A stretch of DNA of 64,000 nt from Eledone cirrhosa (taxonomy: Eukaryota): contig OZ024763.1 of the NCBI GenBank assembly GCA_964016885.1, positions 11,966,001 through 12,030,000 on the forward strand, written 5' to 3'. How positions within the stretch are numbered: the first letter of the stretch is position 1; the number at the start of each line of letters is the position of its first letter. Positions 1-13,208 of the stretch are shown piece by piece. A model generated the notes under the pieces. It made no database searches, was not told the origin of the DNA, and worked only from the letters and a program-made list of their open reading frames with translations. Made by a program: the position numbers and the translations under genes.

Positions 1-632
1 ATATGTGTGTGCGTGTACATGTATATTGTGTGTATATATATGTGTGTGCGTGTACATGTATATTGTGTGTATATATATGTGTCTGTGTGTACATGTACAT
101 TGAGTGTATATATATGTGTGTGTGTACATGTATATTGTGTGTATATATATGTCCATGTGTACATGTATATTGTGTGTATATATATGTGTGTGCGTGTACA
201 TGTATATTGTGTGTATATATATGTGTGTGCGTGTACATGTATATTGTGTGTATATATATGTGTCTGTGTGTACATGTACATTGAGTGTATATATATGTGT
301 GTGTGTACATGTATATTGTGTGTATATATATGTCCATGTGTACATGTATATTGTGTGTATATATATGTGTGTACGTGTACATGTATATTGTGTGTATATA
401 TATGTCCATGTGTACATGTATATTGTGTGTATATATAAGTGTCTGTGTGTACATGAATATTGTGTGTGTGTATATGTGTCTGTGTGTACATGTATATTGT
501 GTGTATATATATGTGTCTGTGTGTACATGTATATTGTGTGTATATATATGTCTGTGCGTGTACATGTACATTGTGTGTATATATATGTGTCTGTGTACAT
601 GTACATTGTGTGTATATATATGTGTGTGCGTG
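1..632. repeat. Compound (TG/TA) minisatellite, unit about 36 bp (gtgtacatgtatattgtgtgtatatatat...)
   Basis: Direct tandem repetition; the overlapping ORFs are low-complexity. Confidence 0.9.
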
Positions 633-744
633 TATCAGAATTCAACAAGGACAGTCAACATGGGTGGAGATGAAGGACAGTAAAATAAAATTATGATATA
701 TAGTATTTTAATGCTTGATAAAGTAGGAAAAGAATCTGTTTTAT

Positions 745-1157
745 ATCATCATTTCATCATCATTTTACGTCCACTTTTCCCTGCTTGCAAGGGTGGGACG
801 GGAACTGAGTCTGGCTTGATTTCTACAGCTGGATGCCCTTCCTAACACCAACCTCATTTACAGTGTGAGCTGGGTGCTTTTTTGCAGTGTGGGCTGGGTG
901 CTTTTTTGCCGTGGCACCTCCACAACCACTTTACAGTGAGTGCTGGATGCTTTTTTGCCGTGGCACCTCCATGACCACTTTGCAGTGGAATGATAGGGAC
1001 CCCAGTCCCTATCATCTCATTTCTACAGCTGAGTAAACTGGAGCAATGTGAAATAAAGTGTCTTGCTCAAGGAAACAACACATCACCTGGTCTGAGATTG
1101 AACTCACAACCTTTCGATTGCAAGGCCAATGCTCTAACCACTAAGCCATGTGCCTCC
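745..1157 (-). mobile_element. tRNA-derived SINE with RTE-type 3' tail
   Basis: Minus strand reads ggaggcacatggcttagtggttagagc (A box) ... gagttcaat (B box), central ttgagcaagacactt...cagctgtagaaatgag, tail ggttggtgttaggaagggcatccagc...ggacgtaaaatgatgatg. Many copies in the window. Confidence 0.85.
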
Positions 1158-1643
1158 CCATATATATATATATATATCATCATCATCATCGTTTAACATC
1201 TATCTTCCATGCTAGCATGGGTTTAGACGGCAATTGTCCCACTTGAGGCAAGATTGCTCGTATAGGACTGTGTATGTGTCTTTCAATGTGTTTTTTTGCT
1301 CACATGAGTATATATATATGTGTGAGGTGTGTGTGTGTGTGAGGTGTATAGTGTGTGTGAGGTGTATAGTGTGTGTGTTTGTGAGGTGTGTGTGTGTGTT
1401 TGTGAGGTGTATAGTGTGTGGTGTGTGAGTGTGGAGAGGGTAATGTGTAAAGGTGTGTCAACCTTTATCCTGTTTCTCCATAGCTAATTAGTTTTTATCT
1501 TCTCACCTGTCACGCTCTCTCAAGTATATATTTACATATTCCCTTCACAATGGATTATATGATGATGATGATATACACTGTATACATGATATATATTGTA
1601 ATCATGTCAGAAACACACACAAATATAGACACACACACACATA

Positions 1644-1680
<37 letters not shown>

Positions 1681-1761
1681 AGTAGTTATAGTTCTTCTGC
1701 TGTCTATGTGTGTGTGTGTGTCTTTCAATGTTTTTTTTTGCTCACATGAGTATAAATTATA

Positions 1762-1838
<77 letters not shown>

Positions 1839-1999
1839 CAATATTCTTCACACTCTTGAAATCATACTACTACTACTACTACTACTACCGCTGCCACGGC
1901 CACAGCCATTCTTTGGGGTTGATAGAATAAAGTACCTGTAATGCACTGGTGTCTATTTAATCGACTTTCCCCTTCATTGCTGACTTATTCCTGAAAGGG

Positions 2000-2760
2000 T
2001 TGTGGGGGAAGAGTCCTCAAAAATCCCTTCCAGTGAGTCCTGTCAGAAGCAATCATCCCCAAGCCAGACCACCTGATCCCATGAACGTTATCCAACCATC
2101 TTGCTCAGTGTTTACCCCTGGGTCTCCTGCTGGTTCGTATAATCTGTCCAGTGATTCTCTTTTGAGACATTCTAACCACATGCTGTGATCTCTCAATTCG
2201 GAGAAGTAGCTGCTCTACCTGGAGCAACTCTCTGATTTCTGAGCTATGCACTCTACCAAGTAACGTTGTTCCAAAGACCCCAGGGGGTGGGGGGGGGGGG
2301 ACTCCATTTTGGCTGCTTGTACTTGCGATTGTATTTTTTTCAGTCCTTACCCAAGATTCAATACTGAATTGAAGATAGCGAGTTTGGCTTTTACACCTAC
2401 CTCCTGAAATTCTTGCACTTAATTCTGCCTCCTGCTTTACATCATTCATGAACTTCTCTACATGCTGTAGTGGAACTCCATTCACATGTAGAGTGCACTC
2501 TGCAGGCTTCCTTGAGAGGGCACGTGTTTCAGTTTTCACAGCACTGACTTTTATTCCAGCCATACAACACCCGGCATCAAATCTATCGAGTGCAAGTCAG
2601 AGAGTTAAGTAATACCATGTGGTCTACAAATTCCAGCTGACTGATTTTGCACCCGCCAGTCATGATACCACTTCCAACCTCGCTGCACATGTCAATCCTG
2701 TTCATGTAAATAACAGAGGAGTTGACAGTACCCACCCTTGACAGAATCTGACTTCCCTTC
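2000..2760 (-). mobile_element. Degenerate RTE-like LINE ORF2 3' fragment
   Basis: Translation IKVSAVKTE...LHVNGVPLQHVEKF...ELSARI...IRELLQVEQLLLRIERSQ...RRPRG resembles the end of a LINE RT/thumb region; same family as 32490-32815. Confidence 0.65.
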
Positions 2761-3042
2761 TCTTCAAATTGCTGAACAATTATTATAGTGTACCTGGATT
2801 GCTTAACACCAAGACCCCGCTCATCTCTGTGTTTCTATTTATATAAAAATCTTCCGTCATAGTTTTATGTAAGGTCCTTTGTCAAGTTATGTTCTGAACA
2901 CCATCTTGATGGGAAAATTAGTTATTTCACTAAATCCATCCAAATTCTTGATTATATTCAAAATTATTTGAAAATTTTCATTTTGAAAATAATTGAAAAT
3001 TTTGAGAGATTTAATGTAACACATTTTTTTCCATTCGCTGAT

Positions 3043-3445
3043 GTGTGTGTATGTGTATGTGTGTGTGTGTATGTGTGTGTGCATACATTTATATGTATGA
3101 GTATATATATATAAATAAAGACACACTCCTAGACATACATTCACACAAATACATTCAAACATACACAAACACACACACACATACATTCACACAAATACAC
3201 ATACATTCACACAAATACATTCAAACATACACAAACACACACACATACATTCACACAAATACACATACATTTACACAAATACATTCAAACATACACAAAC
3301 ACACACACATACATTCACACAAATGCACATACATTTACACAAATACATTCAAACATACACAAACACACACACAAATACACAAACACATTCAGACAAACAT
3401 ACACATACACACACATTCACACAAATACACACATGGACATACACG
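3043..3445. repeat. (CA)/(TG)-rich compound minisatellite
   Basis: Repeating acacatacattcacacaaat units. Confidence 0.85.
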
Positions 3446-3871
3446 TCGCTGATAGTTGTAGTTCTTTCACCATCCCCTTCCTTCCTTTTACACACATACA
3501 TTCACGCAGGCAGCAGATGTAAAGAGAGAGTAGTAGTATGAGGTAGTCAAACTACTCCTCTCTCTTTACATGTTGTGACAGTCACAGAAATTTATATATA
3601 GATAACAAACTTTCTCATTGTCAAGCTAGTGTTTGGAACATAACTTGATAAAGGTTCTTACATAAAATTATAATGGAAGGTTTTATATAAAACCTTCCAT
3701 TATAATTTCTAATGTACCAGTAATACACTGGGTAATTGATGGCCTTGTGCCTAACGTAGAAACAATTATAATTTCTAATGAAAGACAGTCTACGGCTTTC
3801 AAATAATTTTGAATATAACCATGAATTTGGAGAGATTTAGTAATATAACTAACTTTCTCATTATTAAGCTG

Positions 3872-4735
3872 GTGTTTGGAACATAACTTAACAAAGTTTG
3901 TTACATACAATTATGATGGAAGCTTTATTTTAGATAAATATTAACACTTTAAAACAAACAGTTTTGTATGATAGAAGCAGGGGTGTTTGGAACATAACTT
4001 AACAAAGTTTGTTACATAAAATTATGATGGAAGCTTTATTTTAGATAAATATTAACACTTTAAAAGTAACAGTTTTGTATGATAGAAGCAGGGGTGTTTG
4101 GAACATAACTTAACAAAGTTTGTTACATAAAATTATGATGGAAGCTTTATTTTAGATAAATATTAACACTTTAAAACAAACAGTTTTGTATGATAGAAGC
4201 AGGGGTGTTTGGAACATAACTTAACAAAGTTTGTTACATAAAATTATGATGGAAGCTTTATTTTAGATAAATATTAACACTTTAAAAGTAACAGTTTTGT
4301 ATGATAGAAGCAGGGGTGTTTGGAACATAACTTAACAAAGTTTGTTACATAAAATTATGATGGAAGCTTTATTTTAGATAAATATTAACACTTTAAAACA
4401 AACAGTTTTGTATGATAGAAGCAGGGGTGTTTGGAACATAACTTAACAAAGTTTGTTACATAAAATTATGATGGAAGCTTTATTTTAGATAAATATTAGC
4501 ACTTTAAAACAAACAGTTTTGTATGATAGAAGCAGGGGTGTATAGCAGGAGTTGTATGATAGAAGCAGGGGTGTATAGCAGGAGGTGTATGAGGCAGGGG
4601 TGTATAGCAGGAGGTGTATGAAGCAGGGGTGTATAGCAGGAGTTGTATGATAGAAGCAGGGGTGTATAGCAGGAGGTGTATGAGGCAGGGGTGTATAGCA
4701 GGAGGTGTATGAAGCAGGGGTGTTTGGAACATAAC
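3872..4735. repeat. Tandem array of about 111 bp units (about 6 copies) followed by 31-35 bp subrepeats, probably MITE-derived
   Basis: Unit gtgtttggaacataacttaacaaagtttgttacataaaattatgatggaag...atagaagcagggg recurs at 3981, 4092, 4203 and onward; related sequence in reverse at 8880-9360. Confidence 0.8.
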
Positions 4736-5306
4736 GGTAAAGTCTTTACCTCACATAAAATCAAATCTATGAGATTTTGATACTATTTATTTTAAGAGCA
4801 ATACCTTAACATCAGTATGAGTGGCTGGCTACAACCAGTTTGAACAGAAAGAGGTTAGAGAATTCTGGCTGGATGCTAAAGAGTTCAAACTGTCCCTTTT
4901 TCATTGCATCTCCTTTGTTATTTTTCAGTTCTGTCCACTGGGACCTCATGGCAATATTTACCTGAGGTTCTTCATGTCAGAGATACAGAGCAAATGAAGA
5001 ACAGAACAGCCTTTCATTGGCTGGTTTGTCTTGTTACTGTTGGTCATTACACGCATGCATACATACATATATCGATTGATACTTCTTGACAGAAGAGTGC
5101 CATCCCTTAATTGAATATTGTGTGCAGGTGACTTTTCAGACCAGCTTTTGTTTTGCAATCACGTTCACAGATGTGAAACATGAACTGTCTGACTCCTGTC
5201 TCCTTACACACATATTGGCTGCATCTCGGTTTCGAGAAATGCCATTCCTTGACCTTTTTCTCATACATGGATGGCACGAACATGACATTTTAGCCTTGCC
5301 AGGGAC

Positions 5307-5474
5307 TTAGTGGAGACTTCTAGTGTCCTTGGCCCTAGGGCTACCTCCCTACTCACCACCATAGGCATTGAGCTGGCTAGCTGCAGGTGTAAGCTTTGCG
5401 AGATGGAATAACTCTTCCGGTGCATCTCCCTCACCATCCTCCGTGGAAACGCCTTCTCCATTCTGTCTGCCAGG
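5307..5474 (+). mobile_element. Degenerate C-terminus of a CRE-clade (RLE-type) non-LTR retrotransposon
   Basis: Manual translation LVETSSVLGPRATSLLTTIGIELAS...ME*LFRCISLTILRGNAFSIL matches my recollection of the CRE C-terminal pattern VET.G..GP...L.QR.S..I.RGNA.SI. Confidence 0.6.
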
Positions 5475-6164
5475 GTCGTAGGGCGACCAGCGCACGGGAC
5501 CCCATTTGCTCATAATAGTGAGAGATGGGGGAGGGCGAGAGAGATTGAGGTGACAACAGTGGGCGTTCGGCTCCTCTGTATTCAGACCTGGTGTACGTGT
5601 GAGCGTGCGTGTGTGTTTACTTCTATTCATTTGATAGAAAACGTGCTGTATGTATGTTTCTATGTTTGTTTAGATTTGTGAGTTTGTTTCCTCAACTGCT
5701 ACATCACATCATTTGGTCGTAAAAGAGAGGAGAATAGTTAAAAATTATTTTTATCAATGAGAAGAGAGATGAAAGGAGAGATGAGAAGAGAGATGAGAAC
5801 ATAGGACTTGGGTTCTTTTCTGCAGATGCTGCAGCAGAAGTAAAAAAAGAAATTGTCCTATGCTTATGCAACACACGTGGAAGTTGTTTCGATCAAGGGA
5901 TGCCTGTGCTTGGAGCTTTTTTAACCCTTTATCATTTACGTAAAAAAAGGAATGATCGACATTCGTCAAATCGGACCAAGGAAACAATGTTTCCGTTGGT
6001 CTTTCCAATTGCTAATACTATCTATCGGTCGCAACTCCAGGTAGAAGGAGCAACGTGAAATAAAGTATCTTGCTCAAGGACATAACGCATCGCCTGGTCC
6101 AGGAATCGAACTCACAACCTTACGATTGCGAATCCAATTCTCTAACCACTCAGCCACACGCCTT

Positions 6165-6523
6165 CATTTACATTACTCTATATATACTATTGTATTTTCA
6201 TGGTAAAGGCTTTACCTCACATAATATCTCACATAACATTTACATTACTCTATATATACTATTGTATTTTCACAGTAAAGGCTTTACCTCACATAATATC
6301 TCACATAACATTTACATTACTCTATATATACTATTGTATTTTCATGGTAAAGGTTTTTACTTCACATAATTATCTCATAATATTGAATCTACGAGATTTT
6401 GATATTATCTATTTAGAGAACAATACCTTAACATCAGTATGAGCAGCCGGTTACGGCCGGTTTGAACAGAAAGAGGTGAGAGAATCCTGGCCAGATATGG
6501 CCGGTTTAAATGCTAAAGGGTTA
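6165..6523. mobile_element. piggyBac-like MITE with 3 internal 72-bp repeats
   Basis: Ends aaatgctaaagggTTAA; the internal unit is the same as in the 38.9-40.2 kb array. Confidence 0.7.
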
Positions 6524-6683
6524 AATGAAGAAAGGCCTTACACTGGACCAATCCCATTCTCTGAACAACAAAGACTGGTATTTAAAAGGAAGAACAGGTC
6601 AACATCATTGGCTGGCATGGAGAGACACAGTTTTATATCAGTTTTACTTCTAGAATAATGTCCTACTAAGACCTAGAGGTTTC

Positions 6684-7435
6684 ATGCATACATACATACA
6701 TGCTTGCACATATATATACACACACATACATACATACATGCTTGCACATATACACACACACACGCATACATGCTTGCACATATACACACACATACATACA
6801 TACATGCTTGCACATATATACACACACACACATACATACATACATACATACATGCTTGCACATATATACACACACACATACATACATACATGCTTGTACA
6901 TATATACACACACACATACATACATACATGCTTGCACATATATACACACACACACACACACATACATACATACATACTTGCACATATACACACACACACA
7001 CACATACATGCTTGCACATATATATACACACACATACATACATACATGCTTGCACATATACACACACACACGCATACATGCTTGCACATATACACACACA
7101 CACACATACATACATACATGCTTGCACATATACACACACACACACATACATACATACATACATACATACATACATACATACATACATGCTTGCACATATA
7201 TACACACACACATACATACATACATGCTTGTACATATATACACACACACATACATACATACATGCTTGCACATATATACACACACACACACACATACATA
7301 CATACATACTTGCACATATACACACACACACACACATACATGCTTGCACATATATACACACACACATATACACATACATACACATATATGCATACATACA
7401 CACACACGCACATAGACATACATACACGCATACAT
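6684..7435. repeat. Compound (CA/CATA) minisatellite
   Basis: Repeating catgcttgcacatata(ca)n(cata)n. Confidence 0.9.
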
Positions 7436-7650
7436 GATCTCCCTTCCCACATACATATATATACATACAAGGTGTATATTTTAAAGTTTATGTCAATCTG
7501 AAAAACCTTCCATCATAATTTTATGTAAATGAAAAACACTGCAGTCTTTCATTAGAAATATGGTAATGAAAGATATATCACTTTCTCTCTCTCTCCTCCC
7601 CCTTTCCTCACAGCCATCATCGCTTTCATCTATCAAGAAGTGAGACTAAA

Positions 7651-7736
<86 letters not shown>

Positions 7737-7751
7737 ACATATATATATACA

Positions 7752-7782
<31 letters not shown>

Positions 7783-7801
7783 CAACATATATATATATAC
7801 A

Positions 7802-7836
<35 letters not shown>

Positions 7837-8154
7837 CAACACACACACACAACCATACAAATACAGACACACACACTGTCATACAGACATACACACACAC
7901 ACACACCAGACAGACACACAGACATACACACACTTAGTCATACAAACATACACACACACACAGACATACAGACACACACATATACATACAGAGACATGAA
8001 TGTGTATTTAATTAAGCAGAAAATTCCCTGATTATGTGTTCAATAATAAATAATTCTTGTCATTTATTTAGTTAGTTTGGTAAATTTCAATAATATTGGT
8101 GCCGAATCAATAAATAATAATAGACAGCTTGAAGCAGAAATCAGAAAACATCCA

Positions 8155-8705
8155 ACACCACACCACCACCACCACCACCACCACTACTACTACTACTACT
8201 ACACCACACCACCTACTACTACACCACCACCACTACACAATCTCCATTACCACCACTACACCACCACCACCACCACCAGTACCCAACCACTACCACCACT
8301 ACACAATCACCATTACCACCACACCACCACTACCACCACCTCTACTACCACTACACCACCACCTCTACTACACCACCACCACCACTACACCACCAGTACA
8401 CTACCACTACTACCACCACCACTACAACACTACTACCACCACACCACCACTACCACTACACCACCACCACTACTACCACTACACCACCACCACCTCTACT
8501 ACACCACCACCACCAATACACCACCACCACTATACAATCACCATTACCACTAGCATCACACCACCACTACATTACATTACCACCATTACTACCACCACTA
8601 CCACGTTACATCGCTACCATTACTACAACGTCACATTTACATCACCACCACCACCACTACCACACCACATCACTATCACCCCACCACTGCCATCACCCCA
8701 CACCA
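8155..8705. repeat. (CAC/CTA) trinucleotide low-complexity tract
   Basis: Degenerate ACC/ACT repeats. Confidence 0.85.
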
Positions 8706-9708
8706 ATATCAGTAGTATTTGAAAGAAAGAAAGTAAGAAAGAAAAAAAGCAATGGTGGAATAATTTTTTCCATTTAAAATGTTAGCTGGAAGCGATGGAA
8801 GAAAATTGGTCTCATGTCAGAATAATTGAAGATTTCACAAGAATTCTTCCATTGCTAATCTTTATTTCACTTTAACCCATTCCCTACCAAACCTTTCACT
8901 CTGCTTCATAAAACATGTTTTAGTGTTTATATTTATCTAAAAAAAAAACAAAAAAACTTCCATCATAATTTTATCTAAGAACCTTTCTTAAGTTATGTTC
9001 CAAAAACGCTTGCTTCTATCATATAAAATTGTTTGTTTGAAAGTGTTTATATTTATCTAAAAAAACAACTTCCATCATAATTTTATCTAAGAACCTTCCT
9101 TAAGTTATGTTCCAAACACCCCTGTTTCTATCATGTGAAACTGTTTGTTTTAAAGTGTTTATATTTATCTAAAAATAGACTTCCATCATAATTTTATGTA
9201 ATAACCTTTCTTAAGTTATGTTCCAAACACCCCTGCTTCTATCATACAAAACTGTTTTAAAATGTTTGTTTATCTAAAGAAAAAAAATAAAAAAATTCTA
9301 TAATAATTTTATTTATGAACCTTTCTTAAGTTATGTTCCAAATACACCTGCTTCTATCGTATGATGGGTGTAACTGGCCGCCCATACTGATGTTAAGATA
9401 TTGTTCTCAAAATAAATAATATCAAAATCTCATAGATTTGATATTATGTGAGGTAAAGCCTTTACCATGAAAATATAATTGTATAAATAGAGTAATGTAA
9501 ATGTTATGTGAGATATTATGTGAGGTAAAGCCTTTACCATGAAAATATGATAGTATATATAGAGTAATGTAAATGTTATGTGAGATATTATGTGAGGTAA
9601 AGCCTTTACCATGAAAATACAATAGTATATATAGAGTAATGTAAATGTTATGTGAGATATTATGTGAGGTAAAGCCTTTACCATGAAAATACAATAGTAT
9701 ATATAAAG

Positions 9709-10115
9709 TGGAGGCACATGGCTTAGTGGTTACAGCTTGCAATCGAACTTAGTGGTTAGGCTTGCAATTGAAAGGTTGTGAATTCAATTCTCAGACCGGG
9801 TGATGTGTTGTTTCCTTGAGCAAGACACTTTATTTCACATTGCTCCAGTTTACTCAGCTGTAGAAATGAGATGATAGGACTGGGGTCCCTATCATACCAC
9901 TGCAATTGGTCGTGGAGGTGCCATGGCAAAAAAAGCACCCAGCCCACACTGTAAAGTGGACGTGTAGGCGCCACGGAAAAAAAAAAGCACCCACCACTCA
10001 CTGTAAATGAGGTTGGTATTAGGAAGGGCATCCAGCTGTAGAAATCAAGCTAGAATCAGTTCCCGTCCCACCCTTGCAAGCAGGGAAAAGCGGACGTAAA
10101 ATGATGATGATGATG
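9709..10115 (+). mobile_element. tRNA-derived SINE with RTE-type tail, inserted into a MITE
   Basis: Runs ggaggcacatggcttagtgg ... ggacgtaaaatgatgatgatg; flanked on both sides by the 72-bp MITE unit sequence. Confidence 0.85.
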
Positions 10116-10659
10116 AATGTAGTGTAAATGTTATGTGAGGTAAAGCCTTTACCATGAAAATATAATTGTATATATAGAGTAATGTAAATGGTAAAGAGTT
10201 AAGGGGCTTGGTATGAAATGTGTTAACCCTTTAGATACCAAACCACCCCAAACATTCACTGGGTCTATGAAACAAAACCACCCATTTTAAAGGGTTGCTA
10301 TTTATATTAAAATCTACTCCCATAATTTGATATAAAAATCTTTTGATATGTTATATTTTAAATACCGTCTTGATAATGAAATAATTAATGATTTTAGTAA
10401 ACCCCCTTCAAATTTGTCATGAATTAATTGAAATACAGAAATGTTGTAATGAAAGGGTTAAGCTAGAAAAAGCTGGTTGATTTGGCTGCTGTCAGTATGT
10501 CAGTGTGTGTGTGAGAGAGAGGGGGTGATGTGGGTGTCTTGTTTAAATTTATCACTGCCTGGTGCAGGCAATCTGCCTTGGGTGATGTGGTTTCATTAAA
10601 CAATAAAATAAAATATAAAATCTCAACTGTTGACTTTCAAGCCATCATTTAGAAAGAGA

Positions 10660-12080
10660 TGTTGGTGGTGGTTGTTGGTGGTGGTGGTGGAGGTGGTTGT
10701 TGTTGTTGTTGGTGGTGGTTATTGTTTTTGTTGTTGTTGGTGGAGGTGAGGGTAGTGGTGGTGGTAATGGTGGTTGTTGTTGTTGGTGGTGGTTATTGTT
10801 TTTGTTGTTGTTGTTGGTAGAGGTGAGGGTAGTGGTGGTGGTAATGGTGGTTGTTGTTGTTGGTGGTGGTTATTGTTTTTGTTGTTGTTGTTGGTAGAGG
10901 TGAGGGTAGTGGTGGTGGTAATGGTGGTTGTTGTTGTTGGTGGTGGTTATTGTTTTTGTTGTTGTTGTTGGTAGAGGTGAGGGTAGTGGTGGTGGTAATG
11001 GTTGTTGTTGTTGTTGGTGGTGGTGGTGTTTTTTTCCTTGCTGCTGCCAAATAAGGGTGGTTATCACGACTACTACCACCACAACTACCATTATCATCAC
11101 CACTACCCCTGCTGCTGCTGCTACTACTACTATTATTACTACTACTACCCAACCAACAAAGATTTATCACCTTTTACTTTTCATCCTCATCATCACTACA
11201 TTTAGTATCACCACCGCCGCAACTACCACCATCACCACCATCACCGCAACTACCACCATCATCACCACCACCACAACTACCACCATCACCACCATCACCA
11301 CCGCCGCAACTACCACCATCACCACCACCACCGCAACTATCACCATCACCACCATCACCACCACCACAACTACCACCATCACCACCACCACCGCAACTAC
11401 CACCATCACCACCATCACCACCACCACAACTACCACCATCACCACCACCACCGCAACTACCACCATCACCACCACCGCAACTATCACCATCATCACCACC
11501 ACCACAACTACCACCATCACCACCATCACCACCGCCGCAACTACCACCATCATCACCATCACCACCATCACCACCGCCACAACTACCACTATCACCACCA
11601 CCACCGCAACTATCACCATCATCACCATCACCACAACTACCACCATCACCACCATCACCACCGCCGCAACTACCACCATCATCACCACCACCGCAACTAC
11701 CACCATCACCACCACCACCGCAACTATCACCATCATCACCACCACCACAACTACCACCATTATCATCACCACCACCACTATTACCACAACCACCACCATT
11801 ACTACTACCACAACTACTCATAACAAAGATTTATTGCTTCCTTCTCTTTCTCATCACCACCACAACTACCACCATCATCATCATCACCACTACCATCACC
11901 ACAACTACCATCATCATTACCACCAGCACCATCATCATCACCACTACTATCATCACCACCATCACCACACTTATCACCACAACTACCACCACCACAACTA
12001 CCACCACAACTACCACCACTATCACCACTATCACCACTACCACCACTATCACCACCACCATCACCTCCACCACCACCATC
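10660..12080. repeat. (GGT/GTT) 77-bp repeats followed by a (CAC/CAT) trinucleotide tract
   Basis: Direct inspection; source of the poly-V and poly-T ORFs. Confidence 0.85.
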
Positions 12081-12312
12081 ATTAACCCTGTCCCTCCACC
12101 TAAATCAGCCCCCTCTCCCATTTGTTTGAAGTATCATTACATAAACTATACACAGTGTACTAATTATGTTTTAGATGTTTAATTAATAGCTGTAATTAAT
12201 AGTTAATTAATTAATGGTTTAATTAGTTAGTATGAAATGAATGATATGACAATGTTTATTTAATGAAATAAAACACCAAACTGACAGCACCTCCCTCATT
12301 TATTGTCCACAT

Positions 12313-12749
12313 ATCATCATCATCACCGTTTTACGTCCGTTCTTCCACGTTAGTATAGGTTAGACAGGTTGTCCTGTTGTGGGCAATGCCAGGTCGGGTG
12401 ACCATGTCTTGCTCATACAGAACTCATTTTGGCTTGGTTTCTACAGCTGGATGCCCTTCCTAACACCAACCTCATTTACAGTGAGTGCTGGGTGCTTTTT
12501 TTCCGTGGCGCCTACACGTCCACTGTACAGTGGACTGGGTGCTTTTTTGCCGTGGCACCTCCACGACCACTTTGCAGTGGAATGATAGGGACCCCAGTCC
12601 CTATCATCTCATTTCTACAGCTGAGTAACTGGAGCAATGTGAAATAAAGTGTCTTGCTCAAGGAAACAACACATCACCCGGTCCGAGAATTGAACTCACA
12701 ACCTTTCGATTGCAAGGCCAATGCTCTAACCACTAAGCCATGTGCCTCC
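12313..12749 (-). mobile_element. tRNA-derived SINE with RTE-type tail
   Basis: Same family as 745-1157. Confidence 0.85.
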
Positions 12750-13032
12750 AATGTGAATGCTAAAGGGTTGACACATCATTCCATAGACACATGTACCCAT
12801 AACATATTCTACAGACATGTGTACCCTTAATGTGATTCTCAGAGAAATTAAATGTGACGCAGTGTGTGACATGGCTGGCCCTTCGTATCAGACACACATC
12901 TGACAAAAACTGGCTCCGGTTCTACAGAACATCCTTTTTTGACACCAACCCACACAAAACCAGCTCTGGTTTTATAAACAAAAACCCTTTTGGTACCAAC
13001 CCCTAAAAGAAGATGATGTGACACTGTCACTT

Positions 13033-13072
<40 letters not shown>

Positions 13073-13208
13073 CGAAGGAAATGTGGTAAGGAACCAGGTG
13101 GACCATAATGCACCAAAGTACTCAATACTTGAGGTAGTAGAGTGGGTAATAGGAACCAGTAAGACCCCGACAGCTTTTCCGCTAAGCTCAATTCATTTCA
13201 CCCGCACC

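Noticed and set aside
5754-6008. Mariner transposase remnant (PWSDLTNVDHSFF)
   Set aside because: Only a faint resemblance to the YSPDLAP.D motif; no supporting motifs or TIRs.
10539-10603. pre-miRNA-like hairpin
   Set aside because: Pairing is interrupted and branched, and there is no match to a miRNA I recognise.
13032-13208. N-terminal extension of the 665-aa ORF
   Set aside because: It translates the (TA)n flank and the inverted tail; the plausible start is ATG 13209.
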